From: Eledone cirrhosa
Lineage: Eukaryota
Direction of reading: 5' to 3'
Assembly: GCA_964016885.1 (NCBI GenBank)
Contig: OZ024741.1
Location: 168,082,001 to 168,146,000 of the forward strand
DNA: 64,000 nt
Shown in pieces: positions 12,830-30,601 of this stretch (positions are counted from its first letter, which is position 1; each line of letters starts with the position of its first letter). Below the pieces are notes generated by a model. The model was given only the letters and a program-made list of their open reading frames with translations, made no database searches and was not told where the DNA came from. A program made the translations under genes and the position numbers.

Positions 12830-12916
12830 CATTTTCACCTGACGAGGTCAGTGATAATCGATCATGGCCGCACGATCGATCTATCTCTTATTGAAACATG
12901 TGTCGTGATTAAAATG
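12830..12916 (+). ncRNA. Type I hammerhead ribozyme candidate
   Basis: TCAC-CTGACGA-long stem II (ATCGATC/GATCGAT)-GAAA-CATGTG-TC-GTGA. Confidence 0.65.
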
Positions 12917-13096
12917 ATTGGAAATTTATACCATGCCTTCGGATCTTTATTTTGATACAAATACTCCGTTTTACATCATCTAGCTGTTACCATAAATGGA
13001 ATTGGAGATATACAAAAGCGTGGAGAACTTAATATTGCTAACAAAAGTTTATTGGACTGTATGACACAACCAATAATACACCTTATTATATAACAA

Positions 13097-13195
13097 CTAT
13101 ATGTATATATATATATATGAATATATATGTATATATATGTATATATATGTATATATATATGAATATATATGTATATATATATGAATATATATGTA

Positions 13196-13226
<31 letters not shown>

Positions 13227-13247
13227 ATATATATGTATATATATATG

Positions 13248-13314
<67 letters not shown>

Positions 13315-13345
13315 GTATATATACATATATATATGAATATATATG

Positions 13346-13376
<31 letters not shown>

Positions 13377-13405
13377 GAATATATATGTATATATATATAT
13401 GAATA

Positions 13406-13496
<91 letters not shown>
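13097..13496. repeat. Compound (TA)n/(TG)n/(GA)n microsatellite
   Basis: Direct observation. Confidence 0.95.
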
Positions 13497-13862
13497 CCTG
13501 TTAGAAGTTTGTTCTTTAGATCTCATACACCAACATTGGCCTACATCTACAGTAACTATATTCTATAGCTTCATGAAAATCCAATATTGAAAAAAGAATT
13601 ACCTCTCAGTGTGATCCTTAAATCTATATTACTTGTCTGGAAAATCGTTTATTGCGTTTGATGATCTACGAACACCAAAGATATTTTTTGAATTTTACAG
13701 CAATTACTGTTATTTTTACATCACTGCAGATTCTTATTTGCAATAGAGTGAACCATCGTCAGTTTTGACGACGAATAATCTAGTTCTTTGATCAACTGAA
13801 CATCTTGCAACTGAAATTCATATTCAAGTTTCTCTGTATTTGCCAGACACAAATGCCATTAA

Positions 13863-14082
13863 CCCTTTGGCATTTAAACCAGCCATATCCGACCAAAATT
13901 CTCTCACCTCTTTCTGTTCAAACCTGCCATAACTAACTGCTTATACAGATTATAAAGTATTGTTCTCAAAATAAATAATATCAAAATCTCATAGATTCGA
14001 TGTTATGTGAGATATTATGTGAGGTAAAGCCATTACTGTGAAAATATAATAGTAAATATAGAGTAATGTAAATGCTAAAGGG
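13863..14082. mobile_element. piggyBac-type MITE, 220 bp
   Basis: TTAA-CCCTTTGGCATTTA ... TAAATGCTAAAGGG-TTAA. Confidence 0.8.
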
Positions 14083-14099
14083 TTAACATAGTTCTTAAG

Positions 14100-14390
14100 G
14101 AGATTCAGCATGACAATGTGGATGAGAAGGCTAGACCTTTGAATCACAGGTACAGTCCCGCTTGTAGAATAGATAGCTGTGCATTCCACTGGAAATGTGT
14201 ATCCTTAACATGACTCTCAGAGAGATTTAGTCTGTTATTGTGTGTGACAAGGTTAGACTTTTGAATTACAGATACAGTTCTTTTTGTAGAGTAAGTGGCT
14301 GAGCATACCACAGACACAAGTACCCTTCATATAATTTTCAAGGAGATCACCTGTGACAAGGCTCGACCTTTCAATTATAGGTACAGTCTA
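14100..14390 (+). repeat. Degenerate ~110-120-bp tandem repeat, ~2.5 copies
   Basis: GA(C/G)AAGG.T.GAC.TTT.AAT.A.AG.TACAGT at ~14120, ~14245, ~14355. Confidence 0.6.
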
Positions 14391-14404
14391 TCTGATGGGA
14401 TTTT

Positions 14405-14550
14405 AAACAGTTTCTCTCTAGCCAATTTCCCTCACAAGGCTTGGGTTGACCCAACATTATAGTAAATGGTATTTGTTCAAGATAGCATGCATTGGGATTG
14501 AACTCTGAATCTTATAATTGTGAAACAATTTTAACCATTCAGCCTTGCTG
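14405..14550 (-). mobile_element. tRNA-derived SINE remnant
   Basis: Similar to 15590-15765; B-box-like GAGTTCAATCCC on the minus strand. Confidence 0.55.
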
Positions 14551-15589
14551 CATCATGTAACATATATACTTATAAATTTTTATTAAAGAGTGCACTACTT
14601 AGTGTGTTGAGGAATAATAGAAAGTTATTGCTGTTAGTATTGGTTTGTGCTCATGGAGAGTTTTATTTGTGTAGACATGACAGAAAGAAGTTGATTCAAG
14701 GTCAAGTTGTGATCCACAACTGCTGGGGTCTAGTAACTTCTACTTTGCTACTCAAGATACTAAAGATAACAGTTAGATCTTTAAAGTGATTTCAATAGAA
14801 CAAATATCTTATGGAAGTCAAGTCTGTGACATCATAAAAGCATTGGATGAAAAATGCCTCCATAGTTGTTCCGGCTCACTGTACTTTCAATTTAAATCTT
14901 ACCAAAGCTAACTTAGCCTCTCAGGCTTTTGTTGGCATTTGCCAGCCTGACGATGAATGGTCTCTGCCAGGTTCAAAATTCTCAAGACATGTGTGTAAAA
15001 ATGTTGTAATACTGTAAAAGGAACATGATGTGGGTTACTTCTGGAATGATTACATCAACTTAAATATAGAATATTTTACACTGACACCACTTGCAGAACA
15101 GAAGATTGAGAAGACTCTTCAGTTGTGCAGCATAATGGGCATGTAAATTCTACTCTAGCTTCAGGATGACCAATGTTTTCTGAGTGGAATTTAGTAAACA
15201 GAAACTGTGCATATGTATATTTTGTTTGTGTTTTTATCCATGTCTGTGTTTACATTTATGTCTGTGATTGTGTCTTAGAATTTAGAGATTCAGCAAAAAG
15301 AGATTGATTAAATAAGTACCTGACTTGAAAAAATAAGTATAGATGTCAATATGATGAACTAAATCTCCAAACATAACTGTTGTTTAATAACTAAAACCAG
15401 TAAAAGAATAAAATAATATACATACATGGATACATACACATACATTCATATTTACTCATACACACACACATACACAAATACTACTGCTACTATACAATGT
15501 CAATCTTGGACAGAACTCAATACAATGACAATGAACAGACAGGGACATCTTTCTAAAATGTGTCTGGAGGGTATGATATCTGAAAAAAA

Positions 15590-15765
15590 GAAATTTAGTT
15601 TATGGGCTTCTATAGTTTCTGTCTACCAACTTCTATTCACAAGACATTTGTCAACCTGGGGCTATTGTAGAAGACACTTGCCCAAGGTGCCATTCATTGG
15701 GACTGAACTCAAAACCATGTGAGTGTGAAGGAATATTTTAACCACATAATCACATCCATGCCAGT
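15590..15765 (-). mobile_element. tRNA-derived SINE
   Basis: Minus strand GAGTTCAGTCCC...GGCACCTTGGGCAAGTGTCTTCTAC (B box followed by CORE-like segment). Confidence 0.65.
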
Positions 15766-16344
15766 ACACATTTGAAAATATTAATGGGCAGCTTCTGTAT
15801 GAAACACATCTGTGTTTTTCTTATAAATTAATCAGATGAGATGAAGCAGTTCTCATAACCATTGTTGGCCCTACCAGGCCAGTGTTATTGATGTAATCAA
15901 TGTCCAGCTTTAACATCTGTAAATCATGGTTTGAAAGGCAATATCCACATGGTTTTTTATCCAAATTCAAAAACTGTGAACTCCACTGAATGCACATAGA
16001 TAGGACTGGTGCAACCATTAAAGCCAACTAGACAGCCACCAAGATTACAGACTTCAGAAAGGCACATTACTGGACATTAAAAGACCAGTTTCATACAAAT
16101 TTGTATAATTAAATATATATTTATTTTCTGTGATCAATAAATAAATCGCTTCACTATGTAGTAACATTGCATCAATATCCAAAGCAATAGAGAGGATTAT
16201 ATACTGTCATATAATCAATGTTGGGGAGTGTGAACTGTAATCATGAAAAATGCAGGGTTAGTAATTTTCTTAGCGTAGTCAGAACAAGAAGTGTCAAAAG
16301 CTAGGTTTGGAACCTTACCAAATTTTAATTTGAAGTTATTTTAT

Positions 16345-16670
16345 TTAGGAGAATGAGATGCATAACTGGGACTGACACTTTCTGCAGCCGCAACCCAGGT
16401 TCTGCTGCACGTCGGGCTGAGGAGGCCAAGCTCTTCAAATACCGGTCTATCTCTGACAGGTTTGCAGTTGTACCCCTGACAGTGGAGACTTCTGGTGTCC
16501 TCGGCCCTAGGGCTACCTCCCTACTTACCACCATAGGCACTGAGCTGGGCAGCCGCAGGTGTGAATCCCATGAGTTGGAGTGGCTTTTCCAGTCCGTCTC
16601 CCTTGCCGTCCTCCGGGGGAACGCCTTCTCCATCCTGTCTGCCAGGGCTGGGGGGGGGGGCATCACGTAA
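16345..16670 (+). mobile_element. 3' end of a CRE-like non-LTR element (RLE C-terminus)
   Basis: AEEAKLFKYRSI...VPLTVETSGVLG...LFQSVSLAVLRGNA. Confidence 0.75.
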
Positions 16671-17201
16671 CATTCCATATTTAGGTATCTGTTACAGTGA
16701 AGCTGTGTCTACATTAATGGTAGCCACCAGTTTACCAACATAGTTCTTTCTACACAGTTTCCTGTCACTAAAAAAGTATTCTCGTTTTGATTCTCTCTTG
16801 TCTAAAGTTTTTTTTACTGGGAAAAGGGGCACACATGGTGGAGCTAACATAGGGAGATAAATACTCAGGAACTGACTCTGTACACAGGCAGTAGGGGAAA
16901 AGTACTTTCAAGCATGGTGGTATATGAGCGTTAAAAAGTGAATTCCTAACTCTCAAATAACATGAAATTATGTTATATGAATTCCTTTCCTGATTTTCTT
17001 TGGAAAGTATGTAGCGATTTTCTTTTCAATTCATTTTAATCCAATACACCAAGAAAAATATGAATGTTTTATTTATTTTTTTTTTTTTTGTATTCAAAGT
17101 CTACCTGTTTGTTCAAATTTCTCAGTTAATATTTTTTATATATTTTATCCATAGTGCATAGGATAATAAATTACATGACGTGTCTTTCTCTCTTCTCTCA
17201 G

Positions 17202-17279
17202 TTTATTCAGCAGCTTACAGATGATAGCATTGAGAACGAGAGAAATCTTACTATCTGTCGTTTAAATCTGTGGCAATTT
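17202..17279 (+). CDS. Candidate internal exon of an unidentified host gene (FIQQLTDDSIENERNLTICRLNLWQF)
   Basis: Polypyrimidine tract TCTTTCTCTCTTCTCTCAG; 78 nt open in one frame only; GTATGG donor; unique flanks. Confidence 0.45.
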
Positions 17280-17720
17280 GTATGGTAGGGGCTTTTTAAT
17301 GTTGATGGTAGTTACCTGGTTACATATTCAAATAAACGATCATGAAGCCACAAGGCATATTATTTCCGTGTTATAGTCAATTTATTCGGCAATAAATCAA
17401 TGCTTCATTGTCTTTTCCTTCATGTAAAGAACTGAGTAGATAAAAAGATAGTGCCATTTTTTTTTTTCAATCTGTAACCAGTTATTTATAATCTTTGTAC
17501 ATATGATATATTATGCTGCATTTATTCAGTTCTTTTCCGGTTTCTATTTTTCTTTTTTTTTCGTGGTGGTGGGAGATTATTTTGATTTAAGTCTTGTATC
17601 CTTTTGTAATTTTTTTTATATGCATCATTCTCATCTGCTGTTATATTGAATTTTGAGACAGATAATGTCTACATCCTCATCATCATCATCACCGTCATCA
17701 TCATTCATATTATTATACAA

Positions 17721-17935
17721 GGGTGGTGGGTTGGCAAAATCACCAGAGCATCAGACAAAATACTTTATGGTATTTGTTATGGTTCTATATGTTTTGAGTT
17801 CAAATCTGGCCAAGGTCAATTAGTTTTTCATTTCTCTAGAGTTGATAAGATAAAGTAACAGTCAAGTACTAGAGTTGATTTAATTGAAAACTACTGACCT
17901 TGTGTTTAACTTTGAAACCATTATTATCATTATTA
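17721..17935 (+). mobile_element. tRNA-derived SINE (Meta-domain-like), decayed
   Basis: Homologous to 22781-23215; GAGTTCAAATC B box; (ATT)n tail. Confidence 0.7.
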
Positions 17936-17949
17936 TTTTGCTATCACAA

Positions 17950-20520
17950 TTTAGATGTTTGAACTGAAAATTTTGTCAAATAACAAGTCAATCTCATTTG
18001 ACCTCAGATATGCAATACATATCTCAAGATCTGTGCTGTCCTCAACAAGCACGTCATTTTCCTAATGCTAAATTCTTCTTTCATCTCTATCTTGACTCTC
18101 CATCCTTAAATACTGCTTGACACTACCCACTTCCAGTGATTCCAAATCCTCAAAAGATTGTGCTGCAATTCATTATACACTATTAGTTTTTCTTTCTTCT
18201 TCTTTTCTACTCTGATGTCAAATGGGCAAACAACATCTATAATCCACACCTTTCTTTCAGCCTTGTTAAACAAAACAATATCTGGTTTACAGGGCTCAAT
18301 GGCTTTGCCAGTATGGAAATCCTACAGAAGTTTGACCATTTCATTTTCGATCACCCTTTCAACTTGATGATAATACTGTTTCTCAGAATATCTGAAGCCA
18401 AGCTAGAGATAATTTATATTACCTTTGTGATAGTCCTGTACATTCATTGACAATATATAATTGTTTCATCGCTTGATCCACATATTCAACACCGATCTGT
18501 TAAATCGTTCTAATCGGTATGTTTTCTGATATATCTTGTCCTTAGAGATTGATCCTGCACAGATATTAAAAATCTTTCTGTATCTTTTTTCATATAGCCT
18601 TACCTGATCCAGTTCCAACTTTTCTCTCCTCTGATTGCTTCAGTATTTACATAGAACTTTCCATGACCTCTGCATTCTAACAGCAATTATGTCTTTCTTT
18701 TCTTTATCTTCAATGAGCATTTCTTCTTTTACATCTTTGATCAATGCTTCTTTGCTGTCACTTACATACTGTAATAAACTCGCTACTTTCATGACAACAC
18801 ATCTTCTACACTGATAAAACCTTTTCCTTCCCTCCTTCCTTGGTAAGTGCATCTTGTCAATATCCCCCCTTTTGTTGACCCCTCTAAACATGATTAACAT
18901 TTTCCTTGTCTTTCTTCTAATTTTAATTTTGTCTGATTCAAGAATTCCTAGATTTTTGTATCCCACTTCCTAATCTATTTGTTGCATTTCCATGTTCTTT
19001 GGCAATATTATCCCTCTACTCATAACAAATTTTCCTTTTTTCATAACCACATTCTGTATTCCACATTTCTGTATTCCATGTTTCATCTTAATGTTTTCAC
19101 TGAAAACCCTGTAACAAGTTGTTTTTCATTCTTCTATATAATTTAAGGTCATCCATAAATAGGAGGTGGTTTATGGTGCCTTTTCTTTTTCCCAACTCAT
19201 ATCCGGCTTTGGTTCTCCTTGTGAGAGGCATCAGAGCAATTACAAATAATGCCTCGCTTTATGCTCACTGCTGCTTCTAAAGATTGATCATCAGTAACAA
19301 GTTCTATTTCTCATACTCTTTTCTATCATTTCTGTCACATTATCTGTCACTCACTATTTTCATAATTTTCACTATTCAGAAATATGGAACCAGATCATAT
19401 GCCTTTTGATAATCAATCCATCCTATGGCTTGTCCAGTTTGTCTCCTGCATTATTAATTAGCATCTGATCTTTTGACTCCCCCTTCTATATCCTTTCTGC
19501 TCAATGTCCAGTATATTCTTTAGACTTTTTCTGTTATCATACCAGTCAATAACTTCCAAAGTGCTGGAAGATATATGGTTGGTTGATAGTAACCACACTT
19601 CCTTTTCCTATTCTTTCATCATCAATCTTTTCCCACCAGATGTGAGCCAATCAGAGATGTTCCCCATTTGCAATCATTCATTCAGAAGTTCAGCCATCTT
19701 TGGTTGAATTGATGTGATGTATATCATCCAATAGCCTTGTAGCACATCAGGTCCAGGAGATTTCCCATTTGGTAGTCTCTACTTGCTTGGTAACCATACT
19801 GGTTGCTATAGTCACATTTGATTGCTTTCTCTTTTCTTTCAATTCTTCTGTTACCTGTCTGATCCACTCTGCTTGTTGATTGTGCTCTTTTACATTTCTC
19901 CATATGTTGTTCTGAAACTGTTGCCTTTCTTTTGCATCAGAAATTTCATTCTAAGTTCTGTTGTCCCCTCCAACTTTTCAAATAGCCTTTATCAATTGTT
20001 TTGGAACATTCTATTTTGATTGAATTGATTAATCCTCTTATTGTATCTTCTCACCTTTGCTGCAGCTGCTTCAATCCTTTGTTTGATTTCTTCAATGACA
20101 ACATCTATCCCTTAGGTACACACTTTATATTTCCTTTCCATATCTCTCTTCAGTTCTGTTTTTCATTTTATCTGCCTTTAAGCTGTCTAATCAGTTCAAA
20201 TCTGTCCTAAGTTGCTTTATTCTCAATTCGTTTTTTCCATAATGGTTCTCCTCCTTCCCTTTGCTTTATTTTAAAACCACATTCTTTTGCAACAACACTA
20301 GTGGATACCAAAAGAATATTGTGTGATGGAGTTAAGAATGAAATATATGACAACATACTGTTTTTTCCTTAATCTTTTCTGTTTAATTTCTCACAAATTT
20401 AGAGGCTTTCCATTGTAAGTTTCAAACTTAAAATTAAGAAATCTATGATCACATTCTCATCACTTTTGCCATCAATTTTCATTCTATACAAGATGTCTCT
20501 TCTATTTGTTCTTATTGCAG
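17950..20520 (-). mobile_element. Decayed R4/Dong-like RLE LINE
   Basis: KSPGPD, WIDYQKAYD, INHLLFMDDLKL, YKNLGILE, KPDIVLFNK...IIDVVCPFD; many stops. Confidence 0.8.
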
Positions 20521-20599
20521 CTTATTTTTTTCCTATCAAGAACCTATTAGTGTTTCTATAGTTATCAATTTCTTGTACCAATTGCATTTTTTTTTTCAA

Positions 20600-22740
20600 A
20601 GCACTATCTCAAGAAGGAATTTTGGCTGAGACTGAAGAACTTTTACTACCCATGAGGCAATATTATTCCCTACTGGTTGCCAGCCCAGTATCTTTATTAT
20701 TATTAAACTCTGCTAAACACAGAGGTTAAGATTTTGGCCAACGTATTAGTGAAGAGGTTGGCGCTTGTCATCAAGGGTTTGGCAGGGGAGACGCAATCCT
20801 GACCAGGTCTATACACTACAACCTCCATCTCATGGGATGCATCATAGAGAGAGTAGGGTATATTCCTGACTTTGGTGGGGTTCTGATCAATTTAGATTAA
20901 TCAAAAGCTTTTGATAGGGTTGACCATCGATACCTGGGGGCTGTCCTCAAGGCAGCTGGCTGCAGACCCGTCTTCATAGTCTGAATCACTGTAATGCACA
21001 GCAGTATCTGCTCAGTGGTCAAAATAAATGGCCACTTTTTTGGAACTGTTTCAAACCATATGATCAGTCCGTTATGGATGCCCTATCTCCTCCCTTCTGT
21101 CTGTATTGACTCTTGAGCCTTCACTGTGGAAGTTGGACCTGTTGGTTGCACGGCATCTTGCTCGAACTGGGACATGAGAGCGCTGTGTTGGTGTATGCAG
21201 ACAACATCACTGTGATGGTGTCAAATGCCTCATAAACCAAGGTGGTCAGTACCTTCTTAGAGGAATATGAAAGGATGATGGGAGCAAAACTGAACCTGGA
21301 AAAGCTGGCGGGTTTGCAGCTCAGCACCTGGAGCGGCAAATTCATGCTGTTTAACAGTGTCGTCAGACACTGGATGAACAGATCAGTGAAGTTGCTTGGG
21401 GTTTGGTTCAGACTTCACCTCCAGGTGGTTAAGAACTGGTATGAGGTAATGAGCAGGGTGGCCACGCTCATCCAGAAATGGGCTGAGAGGACGTTATCCC
21501 TGAAAGGCCAAGCAAAGGTGGCAAATGTGTACATCGTGTCTGTCATATACTACCACCTGATTTTTGTGTCTTGCCCCTGTTCACACCTCACCAAATTGGA
21601 ACATCTGCTCTTCTACTTTTTGTAGAAAGGACAGGTTTCATTGATGAGGCGGTCCATCTGCTGCTAACACCCTCTACACAGAGGGCTGAGCATGACATGG
21701 CTGATGATGTGCAAGCACACATTCACATTATGGCATCTTCAGATATTCTTTCGCAGATATTTCTAAATGGTGAACAGGTGTGGTCGCCATTTGGAAGACA
21801 AGCCTTTCCACAGCTCATCTCTTTGACTAAGCTGTAGTTCTGGGCTCAGAAGAGACCGAGACTGGGTGCCAGGTGATCACTACTCTCCACCAGGTGGGCA
21901 ATCCTGTCAGTGGAAATTCCACTTTTGAGGTCTATAGAGGATTACTGGCAGGCAAATGCGACAATGCTCTTGGAGAGGCAGTGGATGTCAACAAAATTGA
22001 ACTGACCAGTTTGTTCTGGAGAACTTTCGATCCTAGGATTGTGGATAATTTCCAGAAATCCCACACTTGGCAGTGCTACCAGGGGGGGCACTGCCAGTTC
22101 AAGAAAATCTCTACAGGCATGGAAGTGCTGTCATACAGACTTGCCCCAGATGCAGGCAGAATGACGAAACTGTTCTGCATACACTCATCCAGTGTCCCTG
22201 CATTACTGACTTGTGGATTTATGTTGAACAGCTGTTGTTGCATGTAGGACTGATCTGGCTATCGACTGAGTCCATAGTGAAGACTGCCTTGCCGCCTCCT
22301 TTGGACCGGGAAAGGTAGGCAGTTTTCCTTTTTTCTCTTCGGCCAAAGAGTTGATGAGGACCAAATTTTTCAAGTTTCATTTGGAAAGGAAGGTGATGGT
22401 GGAGAGAGAAGTGCTGCCTCCAGTACATTTGTTTAAAAGGTGGGTGAATGTTGTAAAAATGGACCTACTCTGAACATGTGCCTGTAGGCTGGTTGATTTA
22501 GAAAGGAGAGGGGCACCCTTCTAGTATGCTCATCGAACATTGGGTGGTTTAGGATTTGTGGGGTTCCTGAATCACCCCTAGGTGGTCTTCCCCACATGGG
22601 GGAATTTTCATTGTTGTAATTCGCTTGCTCATTATTTGTTTGTTAATTTCTTTCTACTTGATTTCAGTGTAAATATCCACTGTCACTGTCTATTGTATTG
22701 TCCCCCTTTTTGTTGGCCCTTGTGACAAATAATAATAATT
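20600..22740 (+). mobile_element. Old, decayed Tx1/L1 ORF2 copy with (AAT)n tail
   Basis: KAFDRVDHRYL, VKLLGVWF, DNFQKSH, CPRCRQNDETVLHTLIQC. Confidence 0.85.
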
Positions 22741-22780
22741 AATATAATTCATTATTATTATTATTATCATTATTATATTT

Positions 22781-23215
22781 AGGGGTGGTGGATTGGCAGA
22801 ATCGACAGTGTTGGACAATATGCTTCATGGCATAGAGTTACAGCCCTTTATGTTCTGAGTTCAAATCTGACTGATGTTAACTTTGCCTTTCATTCTTACG
22901 AGGTCGATAAAATAAAGCACCCATAATGCACTGGGTCGATTTAATCACCTTACCTCTCCCCTTCAAATTGCTGGCCTTGTGCCTAAAATAGAAACAATTA
23001 CTATTATTATCATTATCATTTAGGGCGGTGGATTGGCAGTATCGGTAGAGAGTCGGACGCCATGCTTTCCAGCATAGTTACGTCCCTTTACGATCTGAGT
23101 TCAAATCCTGCCGAGGTTGACTTTGCCTTTCATCCTTACGGGGTCGATAAAATAAAGTACCAGTAATGCACTGGGTAATTGCTGGCCTTGTGCCTAAAGT
23201 AGAAACAATTATTAT
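22781..23215 (+). mobile_element. Two tandem tRNA-derived Meta-domain SINEs (22781-23000, 23021-23215)
   Basis: A/B-box-like heads; GCCTTTCATCCTTACGGGGTCGATAAAATAAAGTACCAG matches the Meta domain as recalled. Confidence 0.8.
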
Positions 23216-24368
23216 CATTATTTTCAGTTTACATCCAGTTACTTTATTTCAAGTTCACTTTCATGACCTGGTACTTCCTTTCTCGTGGTGTGATGTCTCT
23301 TCCCACCAGCAAGCAGCATAAAGCTTGCATCCCTCTCACATTTTTTACACCACCCCTAACCTCATCAATCCCCCCTCAGTCTGACACACAGAGTGCTCAG
23401 TGATGTTATGAAGTAGTGTAATAAAAAGAACCCAGTCCACCCCGTAAGGTGGTAGTGCCTTAACAAAAAGCACCCAATGTGCACTCTTATGCAGCAGTGC
23501 TGGTACCTTGATAAAAAAAAAAAAACATCTATTCCACCCTGTAAGGTATTAGTGACAGTCATGATAAAACGCTCCCAGTACATGTTCTAAAGTGAGACCA
23601 TTATGAAGGGCTTTCAGCCATAGAAACTAAGCCCAAATCAGAGCATGCAAGCAAGATATGGCCACTTGACCAGTCTACCCTCAGTACGTGATAATCCATC
23701 TAAGCTATGCAAGCATGGAATGGTTATGATGTTGAGAATTAAGAAGATGATATCTGTACATAGTAACTCTTTTATAGCAAGGATTATTATGATCACGCTG
23801 TAGTTTTTAAATCCTATTTCAGGCCCTAGTATTTATTTATTTTCTCATTTTCTTTTTCTCACACTCTATAGTGTTGAATGATTAATCTACATTGATTATC
23901 TTACAAGTTGTAGTATCTTACTCTAGTAAAACTATATCTGGGCTTAAATGTTCTGGTCTCTTGCTTGTTATGATTTTTGTAGCCCATAACATTTTTACAA
24001 GTTCAGTTTCGATGACTTTCACCACTACTTTTCTTGTTGAAGTAGAATAAAAAAGAAAAAGAATAAGAATGAAATAACAAAAATATTAAAATGTTACCAA
24101 CTATCTCTGATAGCTACATCCTTAAATATATATAATTTAAATATACTCAATTTCTGGTTTCTCCACAATTATGGACTTTAACAACTTAACAACTTAATGA
24201 GTGTGTGTGTGTATGTATTAAATAATAGACAGGTTTGCAGATAAAACTCACTTCTATATCCAGAATATTTACACAATATTTTACATTCAGCTTGGTGGCA
24301 ATTATATTTCATTGTCATCTTTTCTAAGAAGCCACAATTACTTTCTAAATAACTCAGAGGAAATGTTG

Positions 24369-24424
<56 letters not shown>

Positions 24425-24460
24425 CTCTCTCTCTATATATATATATATATACACATACAC

Positions 24461-24501
<41 letters not shown>

Positions 24502-24829
24502 CAACACATTTATCCATATATGCATACACTCCATACTGTTTTTGAAATTCACTACTTATTCATTTTATTACAGAGAACTGAGAGATTATTATTTGAATTC
24601 AACAATAATTGCATACTGATCGGAATGTTGTTGCTCTTCATAGAATCATTGTAAAACATTTGTATTTCCTTTTCTCCACTTGATATCATCTTGGGATTGA
24701 TTTATTTACACACATATTCTTTAGTAAATAGTACACAATAAACATTGGTTCTGTTATTTATATTATTTATATTATTATTTGGCATCTTGAATGCTGCTAG
24801 GCGTTCACAGCACTTTACCAACTGAACAA

Positions 24830-25240
24830 TGTGGTAGGTGGCCAGAAAACAACACTTGTGTTCTATAGGGGGCTAGTGAAAGGTATGGTAATGATGGTCT
24901 GGTATTGGCTATAGGCATTGGTGAGAACAGTCTGAACAGGCTCTTCTGGGGGACTTTTAGATTGGGGATTATGGACAATTTCCAAAAATCCTTGGAATGG
25001 CAGTGCTACAGACGGGCACTACCAGTTTGAGACAAGCTCTACAGGCATGGAAGTGCCAACTGCTGGACCTGTCCAGGGAGATGAAACTGTCCGGTGTCCA
25101 TGCATAGAGTTGTGGGTTTGTGTCAAACAGATACTGTCATGTGTAGGACAGATCTAGCATTCAGCTGGGTCTTTAGTGAAAATTGAACAATCAACTTCTT
25201 TTAGAAAGAAAGCATGACAAGTCTTCCTCTACCTGGTAGT
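24830..25240 (+). mobile_element. Tx1/L1 ORF2 3' fragment
   Basis: MDNFQKSLEWQCYRRALPV. Confidence 0.7.
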
Positions 25241-25282
25241 TATGCATATATATATTTGTGTATATATATATATATATATATA

Positions 25283-27140
<1,858 letters not shown>

Positions 27141-27157
27141 ACATATATATATATATC

Positions 27158-28254
27158 TTAGTCTTAGTTTTAGTTCCTCCAGTCCCTTGTGGAACATTGG
27201 GCGACGAGCTTCCTCCACTTGATCCTGTCCTGGCGGCCCTTCTAACACTTCTCCAGGTAATTCCCATCTCCCGCAGGTCCTCCCTGAATGTGCTCCGCCA
27301 TGTTTTTCGTGGTCTTCCCCGTTCTCTCCTGCCACCTTCTGGTACCCAATCCATGGCAATATGAGCAGGTCGATCTGCCGGCAAACGAAGGATGTGGCCC
27401 GCGAACAGCCGTCTCCTTTTCCGGACAATGTCCCTTAACCTCTCCAATCCTGACCTCCTCATCACTTCCTCGTTGCTAACTTGGTCTCGCCATAACATTT
27501 TCAATATGGTCCGAATGCAATGATGGTGGAATACATCAAGCTTGTTACATACACTTTCCGTACTCTTGCATGTCTCACAGGCATATATCGCTGCTGGTAC
27601 TACAATGGACATGTAAACACGGAATTTGACGGCGTTGCCGATGGAACACCTGGACCATACCGGACGGAGTCGCTGGAAGACCGCTGCTGCTTTTTCCAGC
27701 CTTGTGCGCACATCCACCTCAGCATCCCCATCGTCAGAGATGTTGCTGCCAAGGTATTGGAAGTGGTTTACACATTCAATGTTACGCTGACCAATCATGA
27801 TGGGATGATTTGGAGGGTCACCTGTCAACATGGTCTTGGTTTTTTCACAACTGATGCGCAGGCCAACTTTCTCTGCATTGTCATTTAGAACGTTTGTTAT
27901 CTCTTGCAGGTCTTCTCAGGAATGGCCTATCACTGCGATGTCATCAGCAAAGTCCAGGTCGCTTAATCTCCTTCCATCCTAACTGATGCCAAAACGAGGG
28001 TCAATCATTGTCTTCTTCATGATGAAATCGATGACAATGAGGAAAAGGAAAGGCGAAAGGATGCAGCCTTGTCGAACACCCGTCAAGATGTCAAACATTT
28101 TCGTGTTTCCATCCTTTGTCCTAACGCAGCACCTGGAATGTCGGTACAGCGACCTGAAGATGTTAATATATTTCTGTGGGACACCGTAGAGTCTTACAAT
28201 CTTCCACAATGACTCTCGATGAACACTGTCGAAAGCTTTCCTGAAGTTAATGTA

Positions 28255-28255
<1 letters not shown>
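27158..28255 (-). mobile_element. 5'-truncated RTE-clade LINE
   Basis: [46 protein letters not shown]. Confidence 0.88.
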
Positions 28256-30538
<2,283 letters not shown>

Positions 30539-30601
30539 TGCATATATATTTGTGTATATCTAACTATATATATATATATCTCTAACTATATATATATATA
30601 G

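Noticed and set aside
14944-14990. CTGACGA hammerhead-like core
   Set aside because: GAAA is missing and stems I and III do not form
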